Source: a virus (taxonomy: Duplodnaviria > Caudoviricetes). Taken from it: a stretch of 62,893 nt of DNA. Where the stretch lies: the IMG/VR virus record IMGVR_UViG_3300007735_000776, positions 1 to 62,893 of that record. One strand, given 5' to 3'. The position numbers were made by a program, and so were the translations under genes. Under the pieces are notes generated by a model, which had not been told where the DNA came from, searched no databases, and saw nothing but the letters and a program-made list of their open reading frames with translations. Positions 26,248 through 36,821 of the stretch are shown piece after piece. Within the stretch, counting starts at the first letter, position 1; each line of letters starts with the position of its first letter.

Positions 26248-29200
26248 AGTCCTCATCCTCATCCAGCAGGGCGTTAATCTCCGGCATCAGGTTCTTGTTA
26301 AACCGTATGCCATTGATCATATTCTTTTCAGCGGCTTCCCTTGCTCTCATAGAGCGATCCAAAGTGTCTCTGGTAATCTTGGCCTTCGGATCAATCCTAC
26401 GTTCGTTGAAGCTGGCAATCTCTTCCCGAACTTCTTCCATCAAATCAGAATCCCCAGAAACTTTAGCCATCTCGTACTTGTCGAGCAGCTTGGAGCGACG
26501 TGCCATGACTTCCCGTTCGAAGCCTTTCTTTATGGCAGTTTCTTCGTAGATGTTAGACAGGTTGGCTGGCGAGAAGCCGATCACTTGCATAGCTACGTTG
26601 TACGCAGAAATATCTTCCACGATAGGGTCACCCTTCAGAGTGAGTGCGCCTTCTGATCCAAACCGCATAGCCTTCATACCGTTGCGGACAAAGCTTGGCA
26701 CCATAGCTTCAATACCACGCCATACTTCGCCTTCGCTTACCAACTTCGCGCCGTTGCCTACGCCCATAGCAAACGATCCAGCAGGACCAAATGCTTGCTT
26801 CATGGCGGTCAGCACATAACCATCTTCGGCAACGCCACGGCGGTCATCACGGAAGATCAAATCGTTAGCTACACCCACACGGTTAGCAATCTCCAAATTG
26901 GTTGCGTAGTTCACAAGACCTTTGTAGAGCAGCTCGTTAGTCCAGTTACGCATCATCGTGTCGAAGTCGTACGGCTCGTCATCATCTCCTAGCAACGCGT
27001 TGATCATTGTTACTAAAGTAGATGTGGCCCCCATGAATGGTAGACCCTTGATGCCAGCAAACGCCATCGCCATGCCGTAAATACCAACAAGCTGTCGGAA
27101 GGCTTCTTTACGAAGCGCCGGGCTTTCACCTTTGGTTGCCTGATGGAAGGCACGTGCCACCACAAAGGCTGTGTTCCATACAAAAGACTTAAACGTGAAG
27201 AACACACGACCCAACGGATGCTGCATATAGCGGGGGGCCGTTGAAGATAAGCCTGATGTGTTGATTTCTTTTACCGTGCGCAGCGCATACTGTATGGCGT
27301 CTTGCTCATTCATACCACTACCACGCGCCAGATCATAAGCAGCAATAGCAGTAGCACCACGGTTCAAGACTTCAGTCTTTTGGAACGGTATGGAGAGCGT
27401 GTCAAGTACACGTGCTTTGAGTCCGATGTAGTCGGAGGTAGTTTGTCTACGCCCTTCCAACACTTCCCTTGCCAGCGTGTGTTCCAACTGCGCATGGTCG
27501 TTCAACGTCTCGAATAGCTTTGCGTACTTAGGAGGTACCTTGTTGTTAAAAATGTAGTCGATTGTGGTTTTAGATGCGGATAGCAACGCACCGGAAGATT
27601 TGTCGAAGCCAAACTTCGCGCCAAGAATCGACCACGAAAACATAGGCAGCGTAGTCAAGTTAACTAATGCCGACGATACGTTGCCTGCAATGTAGTTAAA
27701 GTAACTGATCGTGGTTGCTGCGCTGGTAAAGTTGTTATACGTCGGGTTATGGAAGAACTCAGCTTGGTTCTCTATGTTCTGTGCAGCAACATAGACACCC
27801 TCCCCATCTGGTCGGGCTGAAGCAGCCTCACCTTGAGTAGCAATCTCACTTAGAGCACGGTCGATCTCAGGGTTGTACTTACTTGCCGACAGCTTGCGTG
27901 CCCACTTGATCATGGTTTCGCCATAACCGCGCACGATGTCGCGCTCCATGCCCCGGACGTTATCCGCTTTCATGAAGTTCTTTGCCAAAGATTCCGCAGG
28001 GAACAGGGCAAGATACGACTGGTATATGTTGTCTTTAAGCGTTTGGCTGGCACCCTGCTTATTTAGCTCGTTCATCAAGCCGACAATAAACGAAGAGGAA
28101 GGCAGTGTGCTTTGGTTGAACGTAGCTTTATTTATGTTCTGGTAAGCCTTGTGGGGTTTACCTTTGAGTTGCGTCTCGATGAATCTCTGGCGCTCACGCT
28201 GCGATTGGAACGCTTGTACTGCACGCTCACCATTCTCGTCATACTCAACCCAGAAGTCTCCACGACGCAGGAACGGAATATATCCAATCTGGCGTTTCCG
28301 TGCCTCGTACTGCGCCTTTAGCTTACGACGTGCAGATGGGTCTTCGACCGAGTTAATTAGGATGTCCTCGTACTCGTTAATGGCGGAGTCGTAGGCATTA
28401 CGAACATCTTTATAAACTTGTTGTACGTCGGCAGGCAGAGCGTCGTAGATATTTTTTAGGCGACGGTACTCAGCTTGCTGCGCAGGTGATGGCTTAAATT
28501 TGGGATCAAGCAGATCGACCTGTTCCAAACGCGCATCATAGGCCATGTCGTTCATACGGTTCATGGCTTGCGGGTAGCGACGCTCTACATCTAAGAACCG
28601 CTTGTAATCTTTGTTGATTGCCTTGATGCGTTGCTCTTCTGTACCGTTGCGAAGCTCCAAAGCATTTATAAGCTTTTGCAGTGATGGCAGCTCTTTGCCG
28701 TAAATCGTATTAATGTTGTCTAGCCGCAACAGTCCCATGGCTATGGACTTGGCATCACCGGGCACGTTAGACAAGTAGTTTCTAGTAGCCTCTGCGGTAC
28801 GCTCGCCAAGCTCCGGCATCGCTTGACCTATACGTCCAACAACACCAAACCCTGTATTTGCACCATTAGGCGTACCCAAGAACAGCAAGTCTCCAACCGA
28901 CGGGTCTACATCAGTCGAAATGTCCAGCGCATCACTAATTAACTTCAAGCCTTTGTCGTAAGCGTTAGTGCCTTTGCTAAACCCAAAGAACTCTGCCAAT
29001 GTCTGCATGAAACGTACAAACATGTTCTTGCTCTTGGGGGCCTTGATGGTCTTGAGTAGGGCTTGGAACTCTGGATTGCTAACCAGTTCAGCAGCAAACT
29101 CTTGCAGGTCTTTGGCACCGTAAGCAGTCCCCATCTGATTTTGGAGTTGCTCAAACAATGCGGTTAGTTGTTTGGTAACTGGCAGGTTGGGGTTACGCAG

Positions 29201-32182
29201 CACGTGAGAGATAGCAGCGTGCATGAGTTCATGCAGCACCGTGTGCTCGTTCATCCCCAAATTCGGGTCAATCGTTATTGTGTTGGTGCGCGGGTCAAAC
29301 GATCCGGCTTGGTTATTCTCTACTGCGCCGACCACAATCTTGGTCTTGAGGTTCAAGCTCTTAACTTTGGCAAGAATCATCCGCAGTGGCTTGCTGGTAG
29401 TCGTGTTGCGTAGGTTGTCCAGCAGCCCGTTGATGTTACCGTCTTGTACAAGTTGTTTGCCAGCGTCGTCTAAGTCAGGCCCACGATGCACTGGTAGGAA
29501 TAGCTTCTTGCCAGTTCTCTCAAACAGCTTGTCATTAAACTCGTCTGCAAGTTGATCTAACTCAGCATCTGAAAGTTGTCGTTTAGCAGGACGCGCTTCT
29601 TTTTCTTCCGAAGCCTTAATGTTTGCGATGCGTTCTTTAACCAAAGGCTCAAACTGCGTCATGGCCTCACGGTTAATTTCAGACAGAAGCTGCCCGCGTT
29701 GTGCAGCAGGCATCGTGTCAATAGCTTGTAGGAACTGCATCATGTCCGGGCCAGACCCTACGATAGCCTCGGTGATCAGGTCAAACTCTTGCCGGTTACG
29801 ATCTGCTTGTGCGCGTTCGGCAGCGTTAGTAGGAGGGATAGCAAGCACGTCTTTCAACCGAACGTACTCGTTTATCAGCCCCGGCAAGCGTAAATATGTA
29901 TGCGCAGGTGTGCCACGTAAGTCCTCAGACTCCATGAACTTGGGGTCTATACCGGCAGCGGTAGCGGCTTCCCGCATCTTGCCAGTCAGGATGTTGTTGG
30001 CACGTGCGTCATTCTGAGCAACGAAGTCAGCCTGTTCCTTAAGTGCTTCCTCAGTAGCAGCCTCGGCCTTTAGTACATCTTGGGTTTCTTTAACGCCTAG
30101 TGGACGCCCAACATCTTCTTCTCTGACATCAGCGACGCCAGTAGCAGGTCCAGCCTCATCCAATCCTCCGCTGATAGGTTCTGTAATGTCTCCGGCACCT
30201 CTATCTCCAACTGCTGATTCTCCAGTAGTGAGATCACTTGGAACGCTAAGCTCAGCTCTTCCGACGTCAAATTGTGCAGTAGGCTCACTTGGCACCTCCG
30301 TTGGGGCGACTTGAAACTCAGGACGCTTTAGAAATTCTTCGATTTTGGCAGCAGCACCTTCGGCTGGCTTGCCTGATGCGTAAGCCTCCAGTATGCGTTT
30401 GACTTCGGCAGCTTGTGCAGGATCAGACAAATCTTTGCCCGCTAGTGGGCCATCTTCCCGCAATATCTTTGCAGTACGTCCTATGCCAAGTTGTTTACCA
30501 AGAGCGGCAAGTCCCGTCTTATCGGCGCTGATGATAGTACCCTCTATACCAGAAGGAACTGCTTTCTCAACTTTGGTTGGTTCGGGCGTAGGAACTTCTA
30601 CGGTTGGTACAGCAGGCGCAGGTGCAAATAAGTCGCCCTGCCCAGTTGTTTTTATTTGCTCTTCAAGCTCTGCTTGACGCTGTTGTGTTGCAGCCGTTTC
30701 TTCAGGCGACAGGCCCGGCAGCGTTAGTTGCTTGGCACCTAGAAACTTCTTTAGGTTGTCTTGGTACGCTTTGAGTTCAGCCGCTTCTTTCTTCTCTTGT
30801 TGACGCGCAATATTGGCAGCACGCTTCTCATCAGCGGTTGCAGCTTTCTCGGATTCTTTGGTTAGCTCACCTTCTGGGCCAAACATCTCTAACTGTTTAC
30901 CAGTCAGTTTGCCTTTTGCGCCCTTCTCGGCTTTATTAATAACTTCTTCAGGTTTGAACTGCGCTGTATATACGCCAGTCTCTAACCCCGGCAACTCCAT
31001 CTGTTCTCGTTTGGATTCCAGCTCAGCGATCTGTGCTTCAGCCTCGGCAACTTCTTTACGTAAACGAGCCGCCTCTTGGCGCTGCCCACGTCTTTCATAG
31101 GCTTCAGCTAACTGCGTTTTACGCTCTGCGGCTTCCCGCATGCGCTGCACTGACCCACCTGCAACACCAAACCCACCACCAGCGATAGCACCGCGCACGC
31201 TGGCTTCCATGATCCGATCCCACTCTTTACTCTCAAAGACTTGTGGGTTCTTAGCAACAAAGTTTTCTGCTGCAATACTTATTGCTTCTTGTGCGCCTTC
31301 GGTCAGACCTTCGCCAGCAGTGCCTTTGATAAGCCCAGACGTAACACTACGTAGTAGGCTTCGATCCATGCCGGATTTCTCCAGCACTTTCTCCACGATG
31401 CCAGTCTTAAGTGGGCCAGTCATTTGCCGTGCTAACTGTGCAGGCAACACCGAATCTAAGGCAGCGGCACCAGCACCGAAAAGCAGTGACGTGCCTACAT
31501 CCATCTCCCCAGTTTTCTCAAAGACGTTTTGGAAAATCTCTGGAGCGTTCTGCGCGTACGAACCTAAAAACACACCCACGTCCGATCCAAGCTGCGCTTT
31601 AGCAGCGATCTGTGGGGCAGCGCGTTTCATGCCCTCGGCGATAAAAACAGTGGCAGCTTCACCAGCTAGACCGCGTTCGGCAGCTTGAGTTGCAAGCGAC
31701 TTACCTACTGTAGATAAAGCAGCACGACCTGCAAAAACACCACCCCCTAGACCGGGGATAAGGGCTGTAGCGATGTTGGGTATCTGTTCGCCAATTACTT
31801 GAGCGCCAAATTGAATCCCTTGATATACGGACTCAGGCTCTTTGTACGATTCAAAAATTGGGGGTCGTGCAGCAAATATCTCTTGTTGAGACTTCGCAGC
31901 TTCTTCCATCTGCCGCTTGGCGTAGTCCTCAAAGCCAAAAGCCTTACCCACCATTGCGGGTACAACGTCCCCACCAAGCACACCAAGCTGCTGCGCACCA
32001 CGGACAGCAGACTCTCCTAACGTGCCAAGCAGACCGGGGCCGTATTCTTTACGTAGCCGCCTATTCTCATCCTGCTCATACAACTGATTGGCAGTTTGAA
32101 ATAGCGCGTTTTTATCTGCGTTTTCCGGGCCTTCGATACGGTATGTCTTACCGTTAGGAGCTTGTACCTTATATATGGGCAT
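26246..32182 (-). CDS. Large internal virion/ejection protein (1978 aa) with an HExxH metallopeptidase-like domain
   Basis: Last gene of the late arm; HELMH...EFAAE...NPEF; helical C-terminal region like large polyvalent or ejection proteins. Confidence 0.7.
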   Translation of the reverse strand: MPIYKVQAPNGKTYRIEGPENADKNALFQTANQLYEQDENRRLRKEYGPGLLGTLGESAVRGAQQLGVLGGDVVPAMVGKAFGFEDYAKRQMEEAAKSQQEIFAARPPIFESYKEPESVYQGIQFGAQVIGEQIPNIATALIPGLGGGVFAGRAALSTVGKSLATQAAERGLAGEAATVFIAEGMKRAAPQIAAKAQLGSDVGVFLGSYAQNAPEIFQNVFEKTGEMDVGTSLLFGAGAAALDSVLPAQLARQMTGPLKTGIVEKVLEKSGMDRSLLRSVTSGLIKGTAGEGLTEGAQEAISIAAENFVAKNPQVFESKEWDRIMEASVRGAIAGGGFGVAGGSVQRMREAAERKTQLAEAYERRGQRQEAARLRKEVAEAEAQIAELESKREQMELPGLETGVYTAQFKPEEVINKAEKGAKGKLTGKQLEMFGPEGELTKESEKAATADEKRAANIARQQEKKEAAELKAYQDNLKKFLGAKQLTLPGLSPEETAATQQRQAELEEQIKTTGQGDLFAPAPAVPTVEVPTPEPTKVEKAVPSGIEGTIISADKTGLAALGKQLGIGRTAKILREDGPLAGKDLSDPAQAAEVKRILEAYASGKPAEGAAAKIEEFLKRPEFQVAPTEVPSEPTAQFDVGRAELSVPSDLTTGESAVGDRGAGDITEPISGGLDEAGPATGVADVREEDVGRPLGVKETQDVLKAEAATEEALKEQADFVAQNDARANNILTGKMREAATAAGIDPKFMESEDLRGTPAHTYLRLPGLINEYVRLKDVLAIPPTNAAERAQADRNRQEFDLITEAIVGSGPDMMQFLQAIDTMPAAQRGQLLSEINREAMTQFEPLVKERIANIKASEEKEARPAKRQLSDAELDQLADEFNDKLFERTGKKLFLPVHRGPDLDDAGKQLVQDGNINGLLDNLRNTTTSKPLRMILAKVKSLNLKTKIVVGAVENNQAGSFDPRTNTITIDPNLGMNEHTVLHELMHAAISHVLRNPNLPVTKQLTALFEQLQNQMGTAYGAKDLQEFAAELVSNPEFQALLKTIKAPKSKNMFVRFMQTLAEFFGFSKGTNAYDKGLKLISDALDISTDVDPSVGDLLFLGTPNGANTGFGVVGRIGQAMPELGERTAEATRNYLSNVPGDAKSIAMGLLRLDNINTIYGKELPSLQKLINALELRNGTEEQRIKAINKDYKRFLDVERRYPQAMNRMNDMAYDARLEQVDLLDPKFKPSPAQQAEYRRLKNIYDALPADVQQVYKDVRNAYDSAINEYEDILINSVEDPSARRKLKAQYEARKRQIGYIPFLRRGDFWVEYDENGERAVQAFQSQRERQRFIETQLKGKPHKAYQNINKATFNQSTLPSSSFIVGLMNELNKQGASQTLKDNIYQSYLALFPAESLAKNFMKADNVRGMERDIVRGYGETMIKWARKLSASKYNPEIDRALSEIATQGEAASARPDGEGVYVAAQNIENQAEFFHNPTYNNFTSAATTISYFNYIAGNVSSALVNLTTLPMFSWSILGAKFGFDKSSGALLSASKTTIDYIFNNKVPPKYAKLFETLNDHAQLEHTLAREVLEGRRQTTSDYIGLKARVLDTLSIPFQKTEVLNRGATAIAAYDLARGSGMNEQDAIQYALRTVKEINTSGLSSTAPRYMQHPLGRVFFTFKSFVWNTAFVVARAFHQATKGESPALRKEAFRQLVGIYGMAMAFAGIKGLPFMGATSTLVTMINALLGDDDEPYDFDTMMRNWTNELLYKGLVNYATNLEIANRVGVANDLIFRDDRRGVAEDGYVLTAMKQAFGPAGSFAMGVGNGAKLVSEGEVWRGIEAMVPSFVRNGMKAMRFGSEGALTLKGDPIVEDISAYNVAMQVIGFSPANLSNIYEETAIKKGFEREVMARRSKLLDKYEMAKVSGDSDLMEEVREEIASFNERRIDPKAKITRDTLDRSMRAREAAEKNMINGIRFNKNLMPEINALLDEDED

Positions 32183-32195
32183 GGTACTTCCCTAG

Positions 32196-33875
32196 TTAAT
32201 CTTCTGTACCGAGTAAATTAAACCCCTGCGGTAGCCTGCTTCCAGACGTTCCCCCAAGTCTTCCTGCTACATAGTCTTGAATTTGTTTTTCGTAAGCTTT
32301 TCTAACTCGGTCATCAAACGACTTATCTACGCCCGGATCAGGGATTTTGCTAAGTTTTAGTTCTTTTTTAAGCTGCCCTCGAACGCTATCAGGGGTAATT
32401 TCTTTCATAGCGTCTTTATAAATCTGAGACATTTGATATTCGGTAATTCCACCACGTCCACCGCCACGCGCAAGAATAGCCGCCAATCTATCTTTAGCAA
32501 TATCTCTTTGGGCGGCAATTTGTTTGTCACTAATTCTCTCTTGTGCGCCTATTGTTTGTTTGGTCTTCCACTCATCAAACGTACGAGCGTATTGATCTTT
32601 CCACATGTCACGAGCCGCATCGTACTCTTTTATGCCAGCGCTCATAAGGGATTGTGTTCCAAACTCATCCTGTCTTCTAGCCGCATCAGATGCCCGCATG
32701 AGTAAATTGTCACGGCGTTCGATTTCACCTCTCTCTTCGGCACGACGTGCCTGCTCGATAAGTGCAAACTCTTTGGTGCGTTCGCGTTCAGCTTTACGTA
32801 GGTCTTTGTATGCTTCTTGGTAATCAGCAGCACCCACCATCGCGCCCTTACCAATGTTTTCCAACGCATGTCGTGAGGTACCTGACATCATAGCCAGACC
32901 AGCTTTGAGCATAGCCATATACTTGGCTTGATCTTTATCGAGGCCAGCCTGTTCAGCTTCTTTTTTAAGCGATTGCTCGTAGGTGTCAAAAGCTTTTCCT
33001 TGTAGTCGATTCTTACTGAGTTCGTCGGTAAGTCTTTTCTCTCGCTCTACGTTTCTAGCGAAATACCCTTCTGGACCTTCCAAAAATCCTTTAGTTACAG
33101 TTGTAGCGGAAGGACCAGTGTATTCTGGGGCTTTTGGCGCTGGAGGGATGCCCGCTGCTATTCCCGCATCGGCAGTAGGTGCGGCAGTTCTTGGTGCTGT
33201 TGACGCAGTTTTTGGAGCGGCTGGAATCGCAGGTGGAGCCACCGCTGTATCAGGAAGTCTGGCATCAACCTTTGGAGGCTCAATACCGGTATCGGCAGGT
33301 GTAGGACGTGTAGCGCTACCAACTATAGGAGCCATCCCAAGTGCCGTGCGTAGTTCATTACGCTTGTTCTCTAAAGACGCCCGACCACGTCCGGCAGGTG
33401 TAGCGTTAATCTGAGCATCGATCTGAGCAAGCTGTCTTCTAAGGTCTTCAGGATCGGCTTGTTGTGTTACAAAGCCACGCCCCGGTACGCGCTGGGTTTC
33501 AGTCGGAGCGTATGGGTCTTTGACCAAGCTTCCATAGTAAGGACCGGCATAACGCGGAACTTCCCCACCTTCTCCAAACGCAACGATGCCGCCACCAGCA
33601 TATTCCCGTGTAGGTGTTAAGTTAGTAGGTAGTCTATCAATACCGGGACCCATAGCTGCACGCTGCATAAGACGATCCACGATTGGGGCCTGCTGCTGTT
33701 GTGCTTGTTGTCGCATCATTGCAGACTTCTGCATGCGTTCTTGCATGTTTAGCTTTTCTTCAAGCAGCGGTGCCGCGATGTAAGCAGGAAGCGTTTTATT
33801 TTCCAGCGCTTCTTGAAGCTGCGACACAGACATTTTTTCAGCCATAGCAATACGGCCTAATCCGGTTACGCTCAT
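32196..33875 (-). CDS. Putative ejection/internal virion protein
   Basis: Position; coiled-coil; YAGGG and FGEGG motifs. Confidence 0.6.
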   Translation of the reverse strand: MSVTGLGRIAMAEKMSVSQLQEALENKTLPAYIAAPLLEEKLNMQERMQKSAMMRQQAQQQQAPIVDRLMQRAAMGPGIDRLPTNLTPTREYAGGGIVAFGEGGEVPRYAGPYYGSLVKDPYAPTETQRVPGRGFVTQQADPEDLRRQLAQIDAQINATPAGRGRASLENKRNELRTALGMAPIVGSATRPTPADTGIEPPKVDARLPDTAVAPPAIPAAPKTASTAPRTAAPTADAGIAAGIPPAPKAPEYTGPSATTVTKGFLEGPEGYFARNVEREKRLTDELSKNRLQGKAFDTYEQSLKKEAEQAGLDKDQAKYMAMLKAGLAMMSGTSRHALENIGKGAMVGAADYQEAYKDLRKAERERTKEFALIEQARRAEERGEIERRDNLLMRASDAARRQDEFGTQSLMSAGIKEYDAARDMWKDQYARTFDEWKTKQTIGAQERISDKQIAAQRDIAKDRLAAILARGGGRGGITEYQMSQIYKDAMKEITPDSVRGQLKKELKLSKIPDPGVDKSFDDRVRKAYEKQIQDYVAGRLGGTSGSRLPQGFNLLGTED

Positions 33876-35260
33876 GCTTTCACCTTTTTCATGGTTTTGC
33901 GAATGAGGATGTCATCAATACCATCCTTATCTTCAATCTTACCGCCCGCTTTTTTGTTCATCATGCCGTACATGGCAGCGCCGGTTAAGCCAAGACCACC
34001 AATCTGTGACAACGCGCTAGGCGCAGCTTGATACTGAGATACTGTTGTTGCCGGTGCTGCTTGACCACGTAACAACGCGTTGTATGCAGCCAATTGCTGT
34101 GCTGGGTATTGTTGCGCAAGTGCGTAGTTCTGAATGGACTGGTTGATAATATCTTGCTCTGCGGCTCTTTGGGTCTGACCTTGCTGTGCTTGGAAGCCCA
34201 TACGTGCAAGGTCGGATTCTTGTTGTTGTCTTGCGATGTTCGCCATGTTTTGTGCGGCTTGGTTGGTCAAGTTGTAACCAGCCTGAGCACCAGAAACACC
34301 TTGTAGGCCAGCCTGCGCACCCTGCATACCTTGTGCAGTACCAGCAAGTTGTTGCTGAACGCCTTGCAGTGCCGTGCTAAGACCAGCTTGAGCGCCTTGA
34401 AGTCCTTGCAACCCAGTTGTAGTACCGAACTGCATCGATTGCATGGCTCTGTCATACGCAGCTTGCCGCCCCGTATTCTCGATATTTTGGAGTTGAGCGT
34501 TTAGATTACGCTGGGCTTCAGCAGCTTGGATAGCTTGACGTGAGCCACCATATGCCCCGCTTCGTGCCGCTTGTGCCTTGAGGTTCTGTGACTGTATGTC
34601 GTAATCACGGATAGCAGCTTGTTTCTGCATGTCGATTACGTTTTGCTGATAAGGCGACATGAAAGCCTGAACGGTACCCGGAGTAGTTGCCATGCTCTCG
34701 TACCGACCGCCCATACCAGCAGACTGCAAGCCAAGCCCAGCGCCCAAATTGCCGAACATACCGCCGCGACCTACAGCAAGTTGTTGCCCTAACTGACCTG
34801 CACCGAAACCAGCCTGCCCGTATCCAAACCCTTTACTAGCGCTCTCAAGCCCACCTAATCCAGCGATACCGGCTAACTCGGAACCATAACCAAACCCAGC
34901 AGGCCGCTGCATGTTCGCCGATTCAGAAAACACCTGTTGTTGCATTGGGCTAAACCCAGCAACATAATCTCTGGCATTGACGCTATACGGTACGTACGGT
35001 TTGATCCCTTGGATTTCAAAAGTGCTAGGCTGATTTCCGGTGCCGGGAATTTCTTTGGTTTGAAAGAACTCTTTAGTCGCACCACCAAGCAGTGCCTCTG
35101 TCTGCGGACGCAACCAGTCTGGGATGTTTTGCTGAGTTACCGTGCTAGTGGTATGCCCACCGCCACCGCTTCCATAAATACGACCCCCCGGTTTAACCCG
35201 CGTGATGGATTCCCCCAATGGTTCCCCAAGGGCTTCTAACTGGCGTCGTGAGTAGTTCAT
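33872..35260 (-). CDS. Putative ejection/pilot protein (Gln/Gly/Ala-rich)
   Basis: Position; GAYGGSRQAI motif; hydrophobic C-terminal segment. Confidence 0.65.
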   Translation of the reverse strand: MNYSRRQLEALGEPLGESITRVKPGGRIYGSGGGGHTTSTVTQQNIPDWLRPQTEALLGGATKEFFQTKEIPGTGNQPSTFEIQGIKPYVPYSVNARDYVAGFSPMQQQVFSESANMQRPAGFGYGSELAGIAGLGGLESASKGFGYGQAGFGAGQLGQQLAVGRGGMFGNLGAGLGLQSAGMGGRYESMATTPGTVQAFMSPYQQNVIDMQKQAAIRDYDIQSQNLKAQAARSGAYGGSRQAIQAAEAQRNLNAQLQNIENTGRQAAYDRAMQSMQFGTTTGLQGLQGAQAGLSTALQGVQQQLAGTAQGMQGAQAGLQGVSGAQAGYNLTNQAAQNMANIARQQQESDLARMGFQAQQGQTQRAAEQDIINQSIQNYALAQQYPAQQLAAYNALLRGQAAPATTVSQYQAAPSALSQIGGLGLTGAAMYGMMNKKAGGKIEDKDGIDDILIRKTMKKVKA

Positions 35261-35688
35261 AGTTGCACTTCCACTAAAGTAGTACGTGGCTCAAATCCAT
35301 AACGCTTCCACAGCCGAACGATTGACTCTCGACCATATCCTTGGATTTTTGTAGCCCCCCGTTGCTTCAGAATGCTCTTTAATTGCGCGAAGGTTTCTCG
35401 ATTGGAAATAAGCTTGCCGCCAATCAAGGTAATAAACGCAACGCGGTGTAATGGGTAATTCGCAAAAGACACAGCAGCCGCTCCATGTATTGCCCCATTT
35501 TCATCTGCTGCGACTAATAACAGCCATTGTCCGGTGGTTAAAAAAGCTTGAACGTGATGAATGTTGTATCCAGCACTCCATTCAATATCTTCACAACCTT
35601 TTGTTAGCGCTTCTTGCAGATAGCTTTCTACCATAGGCCATACTTGGCTTATGTATTCTGTAGAGACTGACTGTACTGTTAGATTCAT
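35257..35688 (-). CDS. GNAT-like acyltransferase-fold protein
   Basis: GAAAV.F..YP...AFI...GG...RLW.RYGF; typical position next to ejection genes. Confidence 0.5.
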   Translation of the reverse strand: MNLTVQSVSTEYISQVWPMVESYLQEALTKGCEDIEWSAGYNIHHVQAFLTTGQWLLLVAADENGAIHGAAAVSFANYPLHRVAFITLIGGKLISNRETFAQLKSILKQRGATKIQGYGRESIVRLWKRYGFEPRTTLVEVQL

Positions 35689-36812
35689 CGTCCCAATAGT
35701 GCAGTAATACCGTCATCGTCTTTAATTCTGCCCCCTCCAGCAGCAGCTACACTACCTTCTCCCGCCGCATTAGAACCGGCTTGTGCAGCAGCGTTATCCG
35801 CAAATGGATTAGTGCCGCCATACGCAAACGGATTAAACGACCCAAACCCATACCCCAAATCCTGTGGAGTCATCATAGCCGTGTTGTACATAGGCTGAGT
35901 AAATCCGGGTGATCTTGCGTAGTTTGTATAGCTACTTAAATAGATTGGTTGGTTGTACTGCCCGCTCGGACCAAACTCTTGGTAACCGGGACGGAATGTC
36001 GAAGTGTACGCACGTTGAAAATCTTGAGTTCTTTGGAACTCTGGTGAGTTTGCCAGTGCAGAAACCAGACCTTGCCCAGTTAGACCGCGCATCATTTCTT
36101 GGCTGTAGTTTGCAAGCCCTGCGGCATCCGGCTCTCTATTCAAAAGCTTTTGGTACGCCATGTTCACTAAATCAGAACGCGCATCAGACCCCTCATAGAA
36201 TGGGTTACGCACACCAGTGAACTGGGGTCGAGCGCCCAAGAACCCCGGAGGTGGGGATACCCCACCCTGATTAACTTGCTGTGTTTCTGGCTGTTGTGGA
36301 GGCACTGCCACTGGAACTGGAACTGGTACCGGTACTTGTACAACAGGAATATTATTTGTAGTTGTGCCGCCACCGCCAGTAGTTGTAGTTGTACCGCCAC
36401 CGCCAGTAGTTGTAGACGCAGCCGTTGTGGTGGGCGCTACATAAGAAACATATGCTGGTACATCTGCTTGGTACTCGGGGTTTGCGACCATATACCCACC
36501 CGGACCAGCCATACTGCCACTTCGGTAGTAATAATCGTCGCCAGAAGGTTTCCCTTCACCTGTATATGGCACGTACTCTGCGCCTTTATATTCAGGGTTA
36601 GTGACCATAAACCCAGCCGGTTGCCCGCCATATGGCCCACTTCCCATAGTACCGGTCTGGTAGTAATAATCTTCGCCGGAAGGTCTACTGCCTTCAGGTT
36701 CTGGTTCGTTGCCTACGCCATAGATGCGCCCATAGCCGCCCGGCTTTACACGAGTGGCGCAAGAACCGAACGGTTCGCCCAAAGCTTCTAATTGTCGTCT
36801 TGAATAGCTCAT
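35685..36812 (-). CDS. Putative virion protein with a DUF4214-like domain and low-complexity linker
   Basis: AYQKLLNREPDAAGL..Y......SPEF; internal PSG.DYYY repeat; T/G and VP repeats. Confidence 0.55.
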   Translation of the reverse strand: MSYSRRQLEALGEPFGSCATRVKPGGYGRIYGVGNEPEPEGSRPSGEDYYYQTGTMGSGPYGGQPAGFMVTNPEYKGAEYVPYTGEGKPSGDDYYYRSGSMAGPGGYMVANPEYQADVPAYVSYVAPTTTAASTTTGGGGTTTTTGGGGTTTNNIPVVQVPVPVPVPVAVPPQQPETQQVNQGGVSPPPGFLGARPQFTGVRNPFYEGSDARSDLVNMAYQKLLNREPDAAGLANYSQEMMRGLTGQGLVSALANSPEFQRTQDFQRAYTSTFRPGYQEFGPSGQYNQPIYLSSYTNYARSPGFTQPMYNTAMMTPQDLGYGFGSFNPFAYGGTNPFADNAAAQAGSNAAGEGSVAAAGGGRIKDDDGITALLGR

Positions 36813-36821
36813 AACAAATCC

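Noticed and set aside
26246-32182. Virion RNA polymerase
   Set aside because: No DxDGD or T7-like polymerase motifs were recognised, and the promoters are sigma70-type.
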